Source of the DNA: Spirochaetota bacterium | GTDB taxonomy: Bacteria > Spirochaetota > UBA6919 > CBDBPB01 | Reading direction: 5' to 3' | DNA length: 46,898 nt | Assembly (NCBI GenBank): GCA_965208615.1 | Contig: CBDBPB010000005.1 | Location: forward strand, 1-46,898 | Shown here: positions 10,594-19,763 of the stretch, in pieces | Layout: every line of letters starts with the position of its first letter | Numbering within the stretch: the stretch's first letter is position 1 | Position numbers and translations under genes: made by a program | The notes under the pieces: model-generated | Database searches by the model: none | The model's input: only the letters and a program-made list of their open reading frames with translations | What the model was told of the DNA's origin: nothing

Positions 10594-11775
10594 TTAGCTT
10601 TTAGGGATTAAATGTTTATGGATAAGCTTAAGTATATCCATGCTTAACTCATACTTATCCTTACGTGGGAGGTTTATTATTTGTCCATCGGCGAATAATA
10701 ATGTTACCTCATTTTCTTTTGAGTTAAAGCCTATCTCATTGTTGGATACGTCATTGGCTATAATTAGATCGAGGTTTTTATTTACTAGTTTATGTTTTGC
10801 ATTATTGATTAGGTTATTAGTCTCCGCTGAAAAGCCTATGAATGTTTGTTTCTTATTTTTATTAAGGCTTTTTAGGATGTCATCATTTTGTATTAGCTTT
10901 AGGATAAGAGATCCACTCTTTTTTTTAATCTTGTTAGTGCTAACGGATTCAACACGAAAATCACTAACTGCCGATGCCATGATTAATATGTCAAAGCTAT
11001 CGATTTTTTGCCTTAATACATTTAACATACTATTAGCACTATCAACGTGGAATAGATTTATATTATCGGGTAATGGTACGCTAACATTAGCGTATACAAG
11101 ACTAACATCAGCACCAAGATTATGAGCCGCTTGTGCAAGAGCAATACCCATCCTGCCACTGGACTTATTACTAATAAATCTAACCGGATCAATATATTCT
11201 ATTGTCCCGCCAGCAGTAATCAGGACTTTCTTACCCAAAAGAGGTTTATCATTGTCATTTAGAATATGATTAATTATACCTTCTATGTTTTTTAGTCTAC
11301 CTATTCCGTTGTATCCACAGGCTAAAAGGCCTTCTTCGGGTTCTATTATTTCATAACCCCTCTTTTTTAGGATAGATATATTATCTTGCAAAGCAGGATT
11401 ATTATACATATTAGCGTTCATAGCAGGAGCCATAATCTTACGACAGGTACAAGCAGATATCATAGTACTAAGAAGGTCATCAGCAATACCATTTGCTATC
11501 TTGCCGATAATGTTAAAGCTAGCAGGGGCTATTAAAAATACATCTGCACTATGGGGTATATCAATATGGCTTAGGGGATCGTCAAAAGTATTGGTTAATA
11601 CAGGGTTTTCTGATATAGTCCTAAAGGTTAGGGGATTTATAAACTTAGTAGCGTTGTGAGTCATAACAACATGGACTATATATCCCTTTTTTTTAAGCAG
11701 GCTAACAAGATCTAATATTTTATAACAGGCAATCCCTCCACTAACACCTATAATAATAGTCTTACTCTTCAACAA
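10594..11775 (-). CDS. coaBC: Bifunctional phosphopantothenoylcysteine decarboxylase/synthase
   Basis: GVSGGIACYK, APAMNANM, LACG, ITAGGTIEYIDPVRFISNKSSGRMG and GFSAET. Confidence 0.96.
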   Translation of the reverse strand: MLKSKTIIIGVSGGIACYKILDLVSLLKKKGYIVHVVMTHNATKFINPLTFRTISENPVLTNTFDDPLSHIDIPHSADVFLIAPASFNIIGKIANGIADDLLSTMISACTCRKIMAPAMNANMYNNPALQDNISILKKRGYEIIEPEEGLLACGYNGIGRLKNIEGIINHILNDNDKPLLGKKVLITAGGTIEYIDPVRFISNKSSGRMGIALAQAAHNLGADVSLVYANVSVPLPDNINLFHVDSANSMLNVLRQKIDSFDILIMASAVSDFRVESVSTNKIKKKSGSLILKLIQNDDILKSLNKNKKQTFIGFSAETNNLINNAKHKLVNKNLDLIIANDVSNNEIGFNSKENEVTLLFADGQIINLPRKDKYELSMDILKLIHKHLIPKS

Positions 11776-12964
11776 ATATCTTTTCTCCTAACCAATTATA
11801 CTTATCGGTTTTACTAATATTACCATTATCGTCATAGTAGTCCACCTTGGATAGGTTGTTAGCTTTATAATACTCGATTTTATCAACTTTACCATTTAGT
11901 TTGAAGTACCAGCTAATATCTTTAGTTTTAGTAGGTACAAAGCTTTTTTTCAGTTGCCTATACATCCGCTTGACTAAAGTACGATATCTTATACTTTTCT
12001 TAGTTTTGGGTATATTAACTAAATAGTTCACCTCATCTTTAGAGATAAGACCTTTTAGAATTAAAACTTTATTTTTATAGTTAAATTTCTGTTTTAGAAA
12101 AGGTGTAAAATATATTCCTCTGGGAATATTAACTGATCTTTTAATACCATTTTTCTTAAGCTTAATAATTTTATTTCTCAGCAACAGTACTTTATTTTTA
12201 TTAATTGAAAACTGATTCTTTTGTATTAGACTACCATTTTGATTGTAGTAATAAATAAAATATTGAACTTTATTACTTTTATCAAAACTATAAAATGAAA
12301 ACTCTAATTGACCAGTAATACTAAATATATTAACCCATTTATGAGTTTTAGTCCATTTTCTATTTTTGCCGTTATAATATTCACCTTGACCTTTATAATA
12401 TATTTCTCTATCGAGTTTTCCTTTGTAGAAAACCCTTAACTTATACTGTGATATTTTACCTTTATTATAAAAGAGCTTAACTAAGAGTCTACCGTATTTA
12501 TCGTAATATGATGTTTGGTATAAGGCATTATCATTATATTGGCTAACTTTTTTATAATATCGTCTATTAGCTATTGTTCTATTTGGAGTATTTATCTGGA
12601 GGTTTATAGCAAAAAAATAATTAAAAGTAATACTCTTATTACTACCAGATAAGTGAACCTTTTTACTATAATAGGGCTTATTCTGTTTATAGTTATAAGT
12701 CTTAGTAGTTTGTAGAATATTGTCTGAATTATAGTATTCTACTTTTAAAATGCGATTATTACGGCTTAAAAAAACTTTATAATAGCTTGTATCACTAACC
12801 CCTTTAAAGCATTTATCATAAGGAGGTATATTTTTATTAAAAATCTTATGGGGATCAAATGTTTTGCAATATAATATCTTAGTGGGTTTAGCAATTGCAT
12901 AGCTTAATTGAACAATAAAAATAATACTAACATATAAAAATATTTTATTCATAGTCTGATCCAT
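11762..12964 (-). CDS. Secreted Tyr/Lys-rich hypothetical protein with short beta-hairpin (MORN/YD-like) repeats
   Basis: Signal-peptide-like N-terminus; recurring motifs such as KVEYYNSDN, SYYDKYGRL, YYYNQNGSL and DYYDDNGNI. Confidence 0.65.
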   Translation of the reverse strand: MDQTMNKIFLYVSIIFIVQLSYAIAKPTKILYCKTFDPHKIFNKNIPPYDKCFKGVSDTSYYKVFLSRNNRILKVEYYNSDNILQTTKTYNYKQNKPYYSKKVHLSGSNKSITFNYFFAINLQINTPNRTIANRRYYKKVSQYNDNALYQTSYYDKYGRLLVKLFYNKGKISQYKLRVFYKGKLDREIYYKGQGEYYNGKNRKWTKTHKWVNIFSITGQLEFSFYSFDKSNKVQYFIYYYNQNGSLIQKNQFSINKNKVLLLRNKIIKLKKNGIKRSVNIPRGIYFTPFLKQKFNYKNKVLILKGLISKDEVNYLVNIPKTKKSIRYRTLVKRMYRQLKKSFVPTKTKDISWYFKLNGKVDKIEYYKANNLSKVDYYDDNGNISKTDKYNWLGEKIFVEE

Positions 12965-13002
12965 TTTAAAAGTATTTAAAAGTGAGAGAGTTAATATATT
13001 AC

Positions 13003-14091
13003 TTAGCTTTCTCTTGCTTTAACTATTTTATCAGTTATCTCGCTATACATATCATATAGCCAATCCATATCGTATTTTTGATGTAGTTCTTTTACACTTT
13101 GTCTTAATAGCTTAAGCTCTTCTTTATATTTGTCTTCCCTCAAAACCTGAGGTAAACTATTATCAGTTTTATTACTTTGATCTATAATCTCAGAAAGATC
13201 ATTAACAACAGTACAATTAGCTAATATACGTCGGGATAAATCCACAGAAATATTTCTTAAGAAGTCTGGATGAGTTTCAGCAAACTTTTTTAAATTAGAC
13301 TTGCTAACAACGGTTAAAACTGTATGCTCAATAGACTGTAGTGTAGCAGTTCTTGTTTCTCCTAATAATAGTGCCATTTCACCAATTACACTTCCTGAGT
13401 CCTCTATAATTGCAATAGGATTACCTTTAATAAAAACTTTTAGTCGTCCACTCCTAAGTATATATAACTCCTCACCTTTCTCACCCTCCTTACACACAAT
13501 AGATCCCGGTGGAAACTCTTTACTAAATTCGTCTAATTGCTTACTTTTAATATGAAAGGTTGTTTTTTTGTCAAAAGATAAAAAAGCAATACCTTTTGCA
13601 TAGGTTAATGAGGCCTTTGCAATATTATATAGAGGTTCTAACCATGGAAAACGTTTTTGTTCGTAATGATTAATTAGCTTATTTGTTGCCCATGCATAAA
13701 TTTTACAATATTCTCGAGAAAGTCGTTCTTTTTCTCCAACTTCTTTATTTTTAACAGTAAGAATTTTATTTATATTCATAAGAATTTCTGCAGTGGTTTT
13801 AGCAAGAGAAAAGCCTATATTATAGTTGGCAGACAAGCTATGAATCTTTTTACTAGGAATTCTAACATATTCAGAGTTAGGAGGAATCTTTACACTAAAA
13901 ATTCTAAAATAATTATGTTTATCTACTTCGGTTAGGAATATCTCTGATATTCCAAAAATAATGTTATTACCACTAATTTCAAAAGAATCATGTCTATTAA
14001 GCTCAATAATAACCTTACCTTTTTTTAGCATATAGGCATAATCAACCTCTCCTTGTTTTAAGTAGATATATACATTTTGGGTATCTGACAT
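13003..14091 (-). CDS. Cyclic nucleotide-binding domain protein (one canonical and one degenerate cNMP domain)
   Basis: FPPGSIVCKEGEKGEELYILRSGRLKV...GEMALLLGETRTAT; N-terminal LKQGEVDYAYMLKKGKV...FGISE is a second, divergent domain. Confidence 0.85.
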   Translation of the reverse strand: MSDTQNVYIYLKQGEVDYAYMLKKGKVIIELNRHDSFEISGNNIIFGISEIFLTEVDKHNYFRIFSVKIPPNSEYVRIPSKKIHSLSANYNIGFSLAKTTAEILMNINKILTVKNKEVGEKERLSREYCKIYAWATNKLINHYEQKRFPWLEPLYNIAKASLTYAKGIAFLSFDKKTTFHIKSKQLDEFSKEFPPGSIVCKEGEKGEELYILRSGRLKVFIKGNPIAIIEDSGSVIGEMALLLGETRTATLQSIEHTVLTVVSKSNLKKFAETHPDFLRNISVDLSRRILANCTVVNDLSEIIDQSNKTDNSLPQVLREDKYKEELKLLRQSVKELHQKYDMDWLYDMYSEITDKIVKARES

Positions 14092-14644
14092 ATCAACATC
14101 CCCATTAATTAACTATTAAAATATAGTAGTCTATATTTTTATATACACCAGTATAAATAAAATCGAGATCGCTTTATTATTTTGCCCAAAGAACAAAGTA
14201 GAACAATAGTTTTTATAAGCTAATCCTTATTATTTAATATATAGCAATATATTAATATTTTTTAATAAAAAAAATAAAAAGCCTTTTAATATAAAATAAT
14301 ATATTATAAAACAGTTATCAATATTTACATTAGGTGTTAATATATCAATATAATAACACCAATAACTTTATTCAGAATCATTTAACTATAAAAATACACT
14401 ATTTTTGATAACTTAACAAAAATTAATAAAAAAAATTAACTTATTATACAAAAAGTAGTTTAATATTTTATAATATTGTTTATTAGATTTTTATAAAAAG
14501 ATTGCTTTTTATTTTGTTATTTAGCATTTTTATATTTTTTAAAACAACAAAGAAAATACTTTATTTAAAGTATTTTAACTCTCTAACAATTCCTAAACGA
14601 TACGATTAAGAAATAAATATTCATTTTTTTTAAGGAAAATCTTT

Positions 14645-15655
14645 ATGATAAAAATTATTATTGGCTTGGTAGTAAGTATTGCTTTTCTGTATTTTACATT
14701 TAAAGATATTGAGCTTAATAAGCTTGCTACTGAGTTTATTAATATAGACCTATTCTTTGTTTTACCAGCAATAGTATTAACCTTTATTGGTATGTATTTA
14801 AGATCAGTTAGATGGCAGATTATGCTGTCCCCCTTAAAAAAGACATTACAAAAAGACCTACTACCTATGACTTTGGTAGGTTTCATGGCAATAATCACCT
14901 TCCCTATAAGAAGTGGAGAAATCGTTAGACCATATTTATTAAGCAAAAAATATAATATATCCCTTACCTCCTCTATGACAGTCATTTTTTTAGAAAGGAT
15001 TTTAGATTTTACTGGTTTATCAATAGTTATGTTATTAGTTCTTATAACGGTTAAACTTCCGCCTACTATTCCCTTATGGATAGTTAGCTTTATATACAGC
15101 TTACTAATAGCCTTTTCAATATTAATTGCAATTCTTTTTTTTATATACTTTAAAAAAGAGAGGTTCCTAAAAATAATATCACCAATATTAAAACCGCTAC
15201 CTAAAAAAGTTACTTCTAAAATACTACAGCTCATTGAGTTATTCATAGAAGGACTTCATATTATAGCCAGCCTAAAAAGATTTTTACTTAGTATTGCTCT
15301 ATCTCTTTTAATATGGAGCTTCGCCGGACTAATACCCTATGCAACTATATATTTTCATAAGCTTAGCTTGTCCTACCCCTTAGGCGCATCTTTTGTAATA
15401 CTATTTTTTACTATGGCTGGAATAAGTATTCCATCAGCCCCTGGTTTTCTTGGTAACTTTCAACTACCCTGTATAGAGGCTCTTAAGCTTTTCGAGTCAG
15501 GTATAAGTTTAGAGACTGCAGCAGCCTTTTCTATTAGCTACTATACCTTTGCTATACTGTCAACCATTATAATGGGAGTAATTTCTCTACGTTTTGTTAA
15601 CTTTTCTATAAAAGAAATGCTAAACAAAATAAAAACTACTTTTAAAAAAGAATAG
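14645..15655 (+). CDS. Lysylphosphatidylglycerol synthase TM-domain (UPF0104, flippase-like) protein
   Basis: LRSVRWQIML, PIRSGEIVRPYLL, ERILD and IPSAPGFLG; multiple TM segments. Confidence 0.88.
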   Translation: MIKIIIGLVVSIAFLYFTFKDIELNKLATEFINIDLFFVLPAIVLTFIGMYLRSVRWQIMLSPLKKTLQKDLLPMTLVGFMAIITFPIRSGEIVRPYLLSKKYNISLTSSMTVIFLERILDFTGLSIVMLLVLITVKLPPTIPLWIVSFIYSLLIAFSILIAILFFIYFKKERFLKIISPILKPLPKKVTSKILQLIELFIEGLHIIASLKRFLLSIALSLLIWSFAGLIPYATIYFHKLSLSYPLGASFVILFFTMAGISIPSAPGFLGNFQLPCIEALKLFESGISLETAAAFSISYYTFAILSTIIMGVISLRFVNFSIKEMLNKIKTTFKKE

Positions 15656-15796
15656 GCTTTCAAAAGTAATATATAGCTAATTTTTCACAACATTATAGAT
15701 ATAATTAGTTTTAGTAATTATATTTTATTATAGTTAGAATAAATTTGTTGCATTGTTGTTACGATAATTTTATAAATATTAATATAGGTTATTTTA

Positions 15797-16822
15797 ATGC
15801 TAAAGCTAAACGTAAATAACTTAAGAGACGGAATATCATTTTCTGATAATCTGCTTTTAGAGAATGGTCAACTACTATTAACAAAAGGTGCTGCCTTAAG
15901 TAAAAAAGATATAGTTAACTGGATAAACAAAGGTATTACAACTGTTTTTACTCAAGGAAAAGTAATTAATAAAACTTTTAATAAAAATAAGCTATCAGAG
16001 AAAGCTGACTCCTTGCTAAAGAACAAAACAACGGATAAAACTAAAGAAAGGCTTGATAATATCAATCTAAAAATAAACTCCTTAGAAAATATAGAAAAAA
16101 TAATTGATAGTATATCTTTTGTATTTAATAAGCTTATGAAAAACCCTAAGGATATATCTTCGTTTAAAGAAAAGCTTATTTCTGCTTCAGAAACACTAGT
16201 TATAGAGCTTAAAAAGCATCCAGATCACTATATCGATATTATAACTTTTTTGACTACAGATAACCATCTTGTATCCCACAGTGTTAGGGTAGCAATAATA
16301 GGGACATTCATTGGCTTGAAAATGGGTTGTACCCATAAACGACTCTTAGTAATATCCATAGCTGGATACCTCCACGATATAGGGAGGTTATCGTACCCCA
16401 TAATTAATGAAATGGAATCGGTAAAGGTCTCTGATGAACAAATAAAAATAGAATTTACTCATCCTGTTTATGGCTATAAAATAGCTAAAAAAATATTAAA
16501 ACTTCAAGAAGAGGTATGCCAAGCAATAATAAATCACCATGAACAACCTGATGGAAAAGGATTTCCAAGGTGCATCTCCGAAACAGAACTATTTATTACT
16601 GATAAAATAATATATTTAGCCAACGTCTTTGCAAACTTGATTGAAAAAAATGGATTGGAAGGATATTATATCCCTCTACAACAATTGGAGTACTTATTAG
16701 CCAACTTCCATGAGAAGTTTGATCACAATATAGCAAAAAAACTAATAACTATAAAAGAACTATCGTCTTACTTATTATTACAAAGCCCCCCAACGCTGAA
16801 AGAGCCTATGACTAATACCTAA
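15797..16822 (+). CDS. HD-GYP domain protein (possibly degenerate)
   Basis: HSVRVA, LHDIGR, HPVYG and HHEQPDGKGFP. Confidence 0.85.
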   Translation: MLKLNVNNLRDGISFSDNLLLENGQLLLTKGAALSKKDIVNWINKGITTVFTQGKVINKTFNKNKLSEKADSLLKNKTTDKTKERLDNINLKINSLENIEKIIDSISFVFNKLMKNPKDISSFKEKLISASETLVIELKKHPDHYIDIITFLTTDNHLVSHSVRVAIIGTFIGLKMGCTHKRLLVISIAGYLHDIGRLSYPIINEMESVKVSDEQIKIEFTHPVYGYKIAKKILKLQEEVCQAIINHHEQPDGKGFPRCISETELFITDKIIYLANVFANLIEKNGLEGYYIPLQQLEYLLANFHEKFDHNIAKKLITIKELSSYLLLQSPPTLKEPMTNT

Positions 16823-17341
16823 TATATCCAATACCTTGCCAATATGAAAGTCTATAATATCATCAATAGTTTTTGGACTATAATAAAAAGCAGTACTAAC
16901 AGGTACTATATTAACACCTGTTCTAGAGAGCTTTAACATATTCTCAAGGTGGATAGAGTTAAGAGGAGTCTCCCTTGGACATATAATAAGTTGTTTTCTC
17001 TCTTTTAGCATTACGTCACTAGCCCTCTCAAGAAGGTTAGACGATATACCACTGGCAATACGACCAATACTCCCCATACTACAGGGTAAAATAACTGTTC
17101 CATCCAAGCCAAAAGAACCACTGGACGGTGGAGCAAATAAATCATCTATGTCAAAAAAGGATATGTTAAGTTCTTTTGCCATAGATAATATGTCAATCTT
17201 AGTCTCAAACGAACATACCTTTATACCAGTCTTAGTGGCAGTTATAAATAACTCTACTTTATTGCACTGGCTTAGGTGCTTAATTAATCTTAACCCATAT
17301 ACAGAACCTGAAGCCCCAGTAATTCCAATCAGTAAACGCAA
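16778..17341 (-). CDS. ubiX: Flavin prenyltransferase
   Basis: IGITGASGSVYG, SSGSF, PCSMGS, LLERASDVMLKER and PRETPL. Confidence 0.95.
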   Translation of the reverse strand: MRLLIGITGASGSVYGLRLIKHLSQCNKVELFITATKTGIKVCSFETKIDILSMAKELNISFFDIDDLFAPPSSGSFGLDGTVILPCSMGSIGRIASGISSNLLERASDVMLKERKQLIICPRETPLNSIHLENMLKLSRTGVNIVPVSTAFYYSPKTIDDIIDFHIGKVLDILGISHRLFQRWGAL

Positions 17342-17359
17342 TATATTTTACCATAATTG

Positions 17360-17387
17360 TATAAATAGGCCGTTTGGCCTATTTATA
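17360..17387 (-). terminator. Perfect 12-bp hairpin immediately after the acs stop
   Basis: TATAAATAGGCC-GTTT-GGCCTATTTATA. Confidence 0.7.
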
Positions 17388-17390
17388 GTT

Positions 17391-19349
17391 CTACTTTGAC
17401 ATACTAGACTTTATCTTATCAACAACAGATGGATCCTCTAATGTGGATGTATCTTGAGTTATCTCCTCACCCTTAGCAAGAGAACGGAGTAATCGTCTCA
17501 TAATCTTACCACTTCTTGTTTTTGGTAGTCCAGGTACAAATGTTAGATTATCCGGCTTGGCAATAGGCCCAATTTCTTTTCTGACAACGTTATTAATATC
17601 TTTTATAAGATCTTGTCCAGCTTTTTTATCGTCTTTTAGTACAACATAAGCAAAGATGGCCTCACCCTTTATCTCATCAGGCCTACCAACTACGGCAACC
17701 TCAGCCACAAGAGGATGATGACCAATGGCAGATTCAATCTCAGCAGTACCAATCCTATGGCCACTTACGTTTAATACATCATCAACACGGCCAGTTATCC
17801 AAATATAGCCGTCGTCATCATGTATAGAGCCGTCACCAGTAAAATATACAGGCTTTCCATGCTTTTTAGCTCTTGAAAAATAGTTCTCTACAAACCTATC
17901 AGGATCACCCCATATAGTTCTAATCATACTAGGCCAAGGTTTAACCACACATAATAAACCTTTTTCATTAGGAACCATCTCATTACCGTCTTCGTCAATT
18001 ATCTCAGGGAATATACCCGGTAAAGGTAATGTAGCAGAGCCTGGCTTAGTAGGAGTTACCCCAGGTAGTGGACTTATCATATGTCCACCAGTCTCAGTCT
18101 GCCACCATGTATCCACGATTGGAGCATTGGCACCACCAACCTCATTATAATACCATAACCAAGCATCTGGATTAATAGGCTCACCCACAGTACCAAGTAT
18201 TCGAATAGAACTAAGGTCATACTTATTAGGTTCATTAGCTCCCACCTTGTGTAAGAGTCTAATTGCCGTTGGAGCAGTATAAAACTGGTTTACTTTATAA
18301 TCCTGAACCATTTTCCACCACCTTCCAGGATCAGGATAAACAGGTACCCCCTCATACATTATAGTTGTACCTCCAGCCGCCAGTGGGCCATATACTATAT
18401 ATGTATGACCTGTAACCCAGCCTACATCAGCGGTACACCAAAAAATATCCTCTTCTTTAAGATCAAAGACCCACTCCATAGTTAGTTGAGCCCATAAAAT
18501 ATATCCCGCCTGACTATGCTGAACACCTTTAGGCTTTCCAGTACTCCCAGAGGTGTATAACAAAAAAAGAGGATCTTCACTATCCATAACCTCAGGCTCA
18601 CACTCATCAGACTGCTTATCGATAAGTTCATTATATATATAATCCCTGCCCTCAACATAATTAACTTTCTCATTATTTCTAAGAACCACGAGTACCTTTT
18701 CTATAGAGTCACAACCATCTCTTAATGCCTCATCAGCTACAGGCTTTAATAAATAGGGATTACCTCTTCTATAAGCCCCATCAGCAGTGATAACAAGCTT
18801 AGCCTGAGCATCAATAACCCTATCTCTTAGGGACTCTGCAGAAAAGCCGCCAAATACCACAGAATGGATAGCACCAATTCTAGCGCATGCCAACATTAAA
18901 ATAGCCACCTCAGGGATCATAGGCATATATATAACAATCCTATCACCTTTTTTTATGTTGCAAACGCTTTTTAGCAGGTTGGATGCCTTGTTAACCTCTT
19001 TATATAACTCTCTATAAGTAAATACCTTTTTATCCCCAGGCTCACCCTCCCATATAATGGCAGGCTTATCAGCCCTTTTATCCAAGTGCCTATCCAAACA
19101 CTGAGCCGTTACATTTATTTTTCCACCCACAAACCACTTATAAAATGGAGCATTATTTTCGTCCAATACCTTGTCATAAGGCTTTATCCAGTCAAGCTTG
19201 TCTTTTGCAAAACCATCCCAAAAGCCCTCAAAGTCATCCTTTGCATGTTTACAAAGCTTGTTATACTCATCCATATTCTTTATGTTAGCATTTGCAGATA
19301 ACTCCACTGGAGGATTAAATACCTTTGGCAGTTCATCAGTATTACTCAT
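17391..19349 (-). CDS. acs: Acetyl-CoA synthetase (acetate--CoA ligase)
   Basis: [42 protein letters not shown] and [12 protein letters not shown]. Confidence 0.97.
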   Translation of the reverse strand: MSNTDELPKVFNPPVELSANANIKNMDEYNKLCKHAKDDFEGFWDGFAKDKLDWIKPYDKVLDENNAPFYKWFVGGKINVTAQCLDRHLDKRADKPAIIWEGEPGDKKVFTYRELYKEVNKASNLLKSVCNIKKGDRIVIYMPMIPEVAILMLACARIGAIHSVVFGGFSAESLRDRVIDAQAKLVITADGAYRRGNPYLLKPVADEALRDGCDSIEKVLVVLRNNEKVNYVEGRDYIYNELIDKQSDECEPEVMDSEDPLFLLYTSGSTGKPKGVQHSQAGYILWAQLTMEWVFDLKEEDIFWCTADVGWVTGHTYIVYGPLAAGGTTIMYEGVPVYPDPGRWWKMVQDYKVNQFYTAPTAIRLLHKVGANEPNKYDLSSIRILGTVGEPINPDAWLWYYNEVGGANAPIVDTWWQTETGGHMISPLPGVTPTKPGSATLPLPGIFPEIIDEDGNEMVPNEKGLLCVVKPWPSMIRTIWGDPDRFVENYFSRAKKHGKPVYFTGDGSIHDDDGYIWITGRVDDVLNVSGHRIGTAEIESAIGHHPLVAEVAVVGRPDEIKGEAIFAYVVLKDDKKAGQDLIKDINNVVRKEIGPIAKPDNLTFVPGLPKTRSGKIMRRLLRSLAKGEEITQDTSTLEDPSVVDKIKSSMSK

Positions 19350-19678
19350 AGAATATCTCCTATTTATTTAAAGTTATTATTTGTATATTAAAATATATTT
19401 CAAACAGTATAGTATTAGTCATATTTTATAGTTGAAAGAGCTATAACAACTTACTGTATGTAAGAAACTTATAAAAGTTAAGTATAATAGCATAAAAAAT
19501 CAAGCTTTCTTTTTAAAAATTATAAAAATAGTAACCGATAATAAATATTACTTGAACAGCCGTAATAACTATCACAATATATTTTTTTAACGATTATTTG
19601 TCTTGAATACAAGTTTGGTGGGCAAAAGTAGAAAAGTTATTTATTATTTTATAAAAAGTTATGGCATAGATAATGTGA

Positions 19679-19749
19679 TAACATAAGACAAAAGATTATC
19701 TTATGTTAAGAGCTATGGGACAACTTATTAAAGTAAATAAATTGTCCCA
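19679..19749 (-). terminator. Two adjacent inverted repeats downstream of the metalloprotease gene
   Basis: TGGGACAA...TTGTCCCA (19716-19749, with inner TTATT/AATAA pairing) and TAACATAAGA-N10-TCTTATGTTA (19679-19708). Confidence 0.5.
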
Positions 19750-19763
19750 ATGTTTAGTCTTTA

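Noticed and set aside
14092-14644. Replication origin
   Set aside because: AT-rich, but I found no TTATCCACA-type DnaA box cluster and no dnaA/dnaN/gidA neighbours.
14593-15246. Long antisense ORF (217 aa) and similar shadow ORFs (e.g. 10640-11125, 4615-4881, 26599-26928, 31054-31386)
   Set aside because: They lie opposite well-supported genes and have no motifs; expected antisense to hydrophobic or biased coding sequence.
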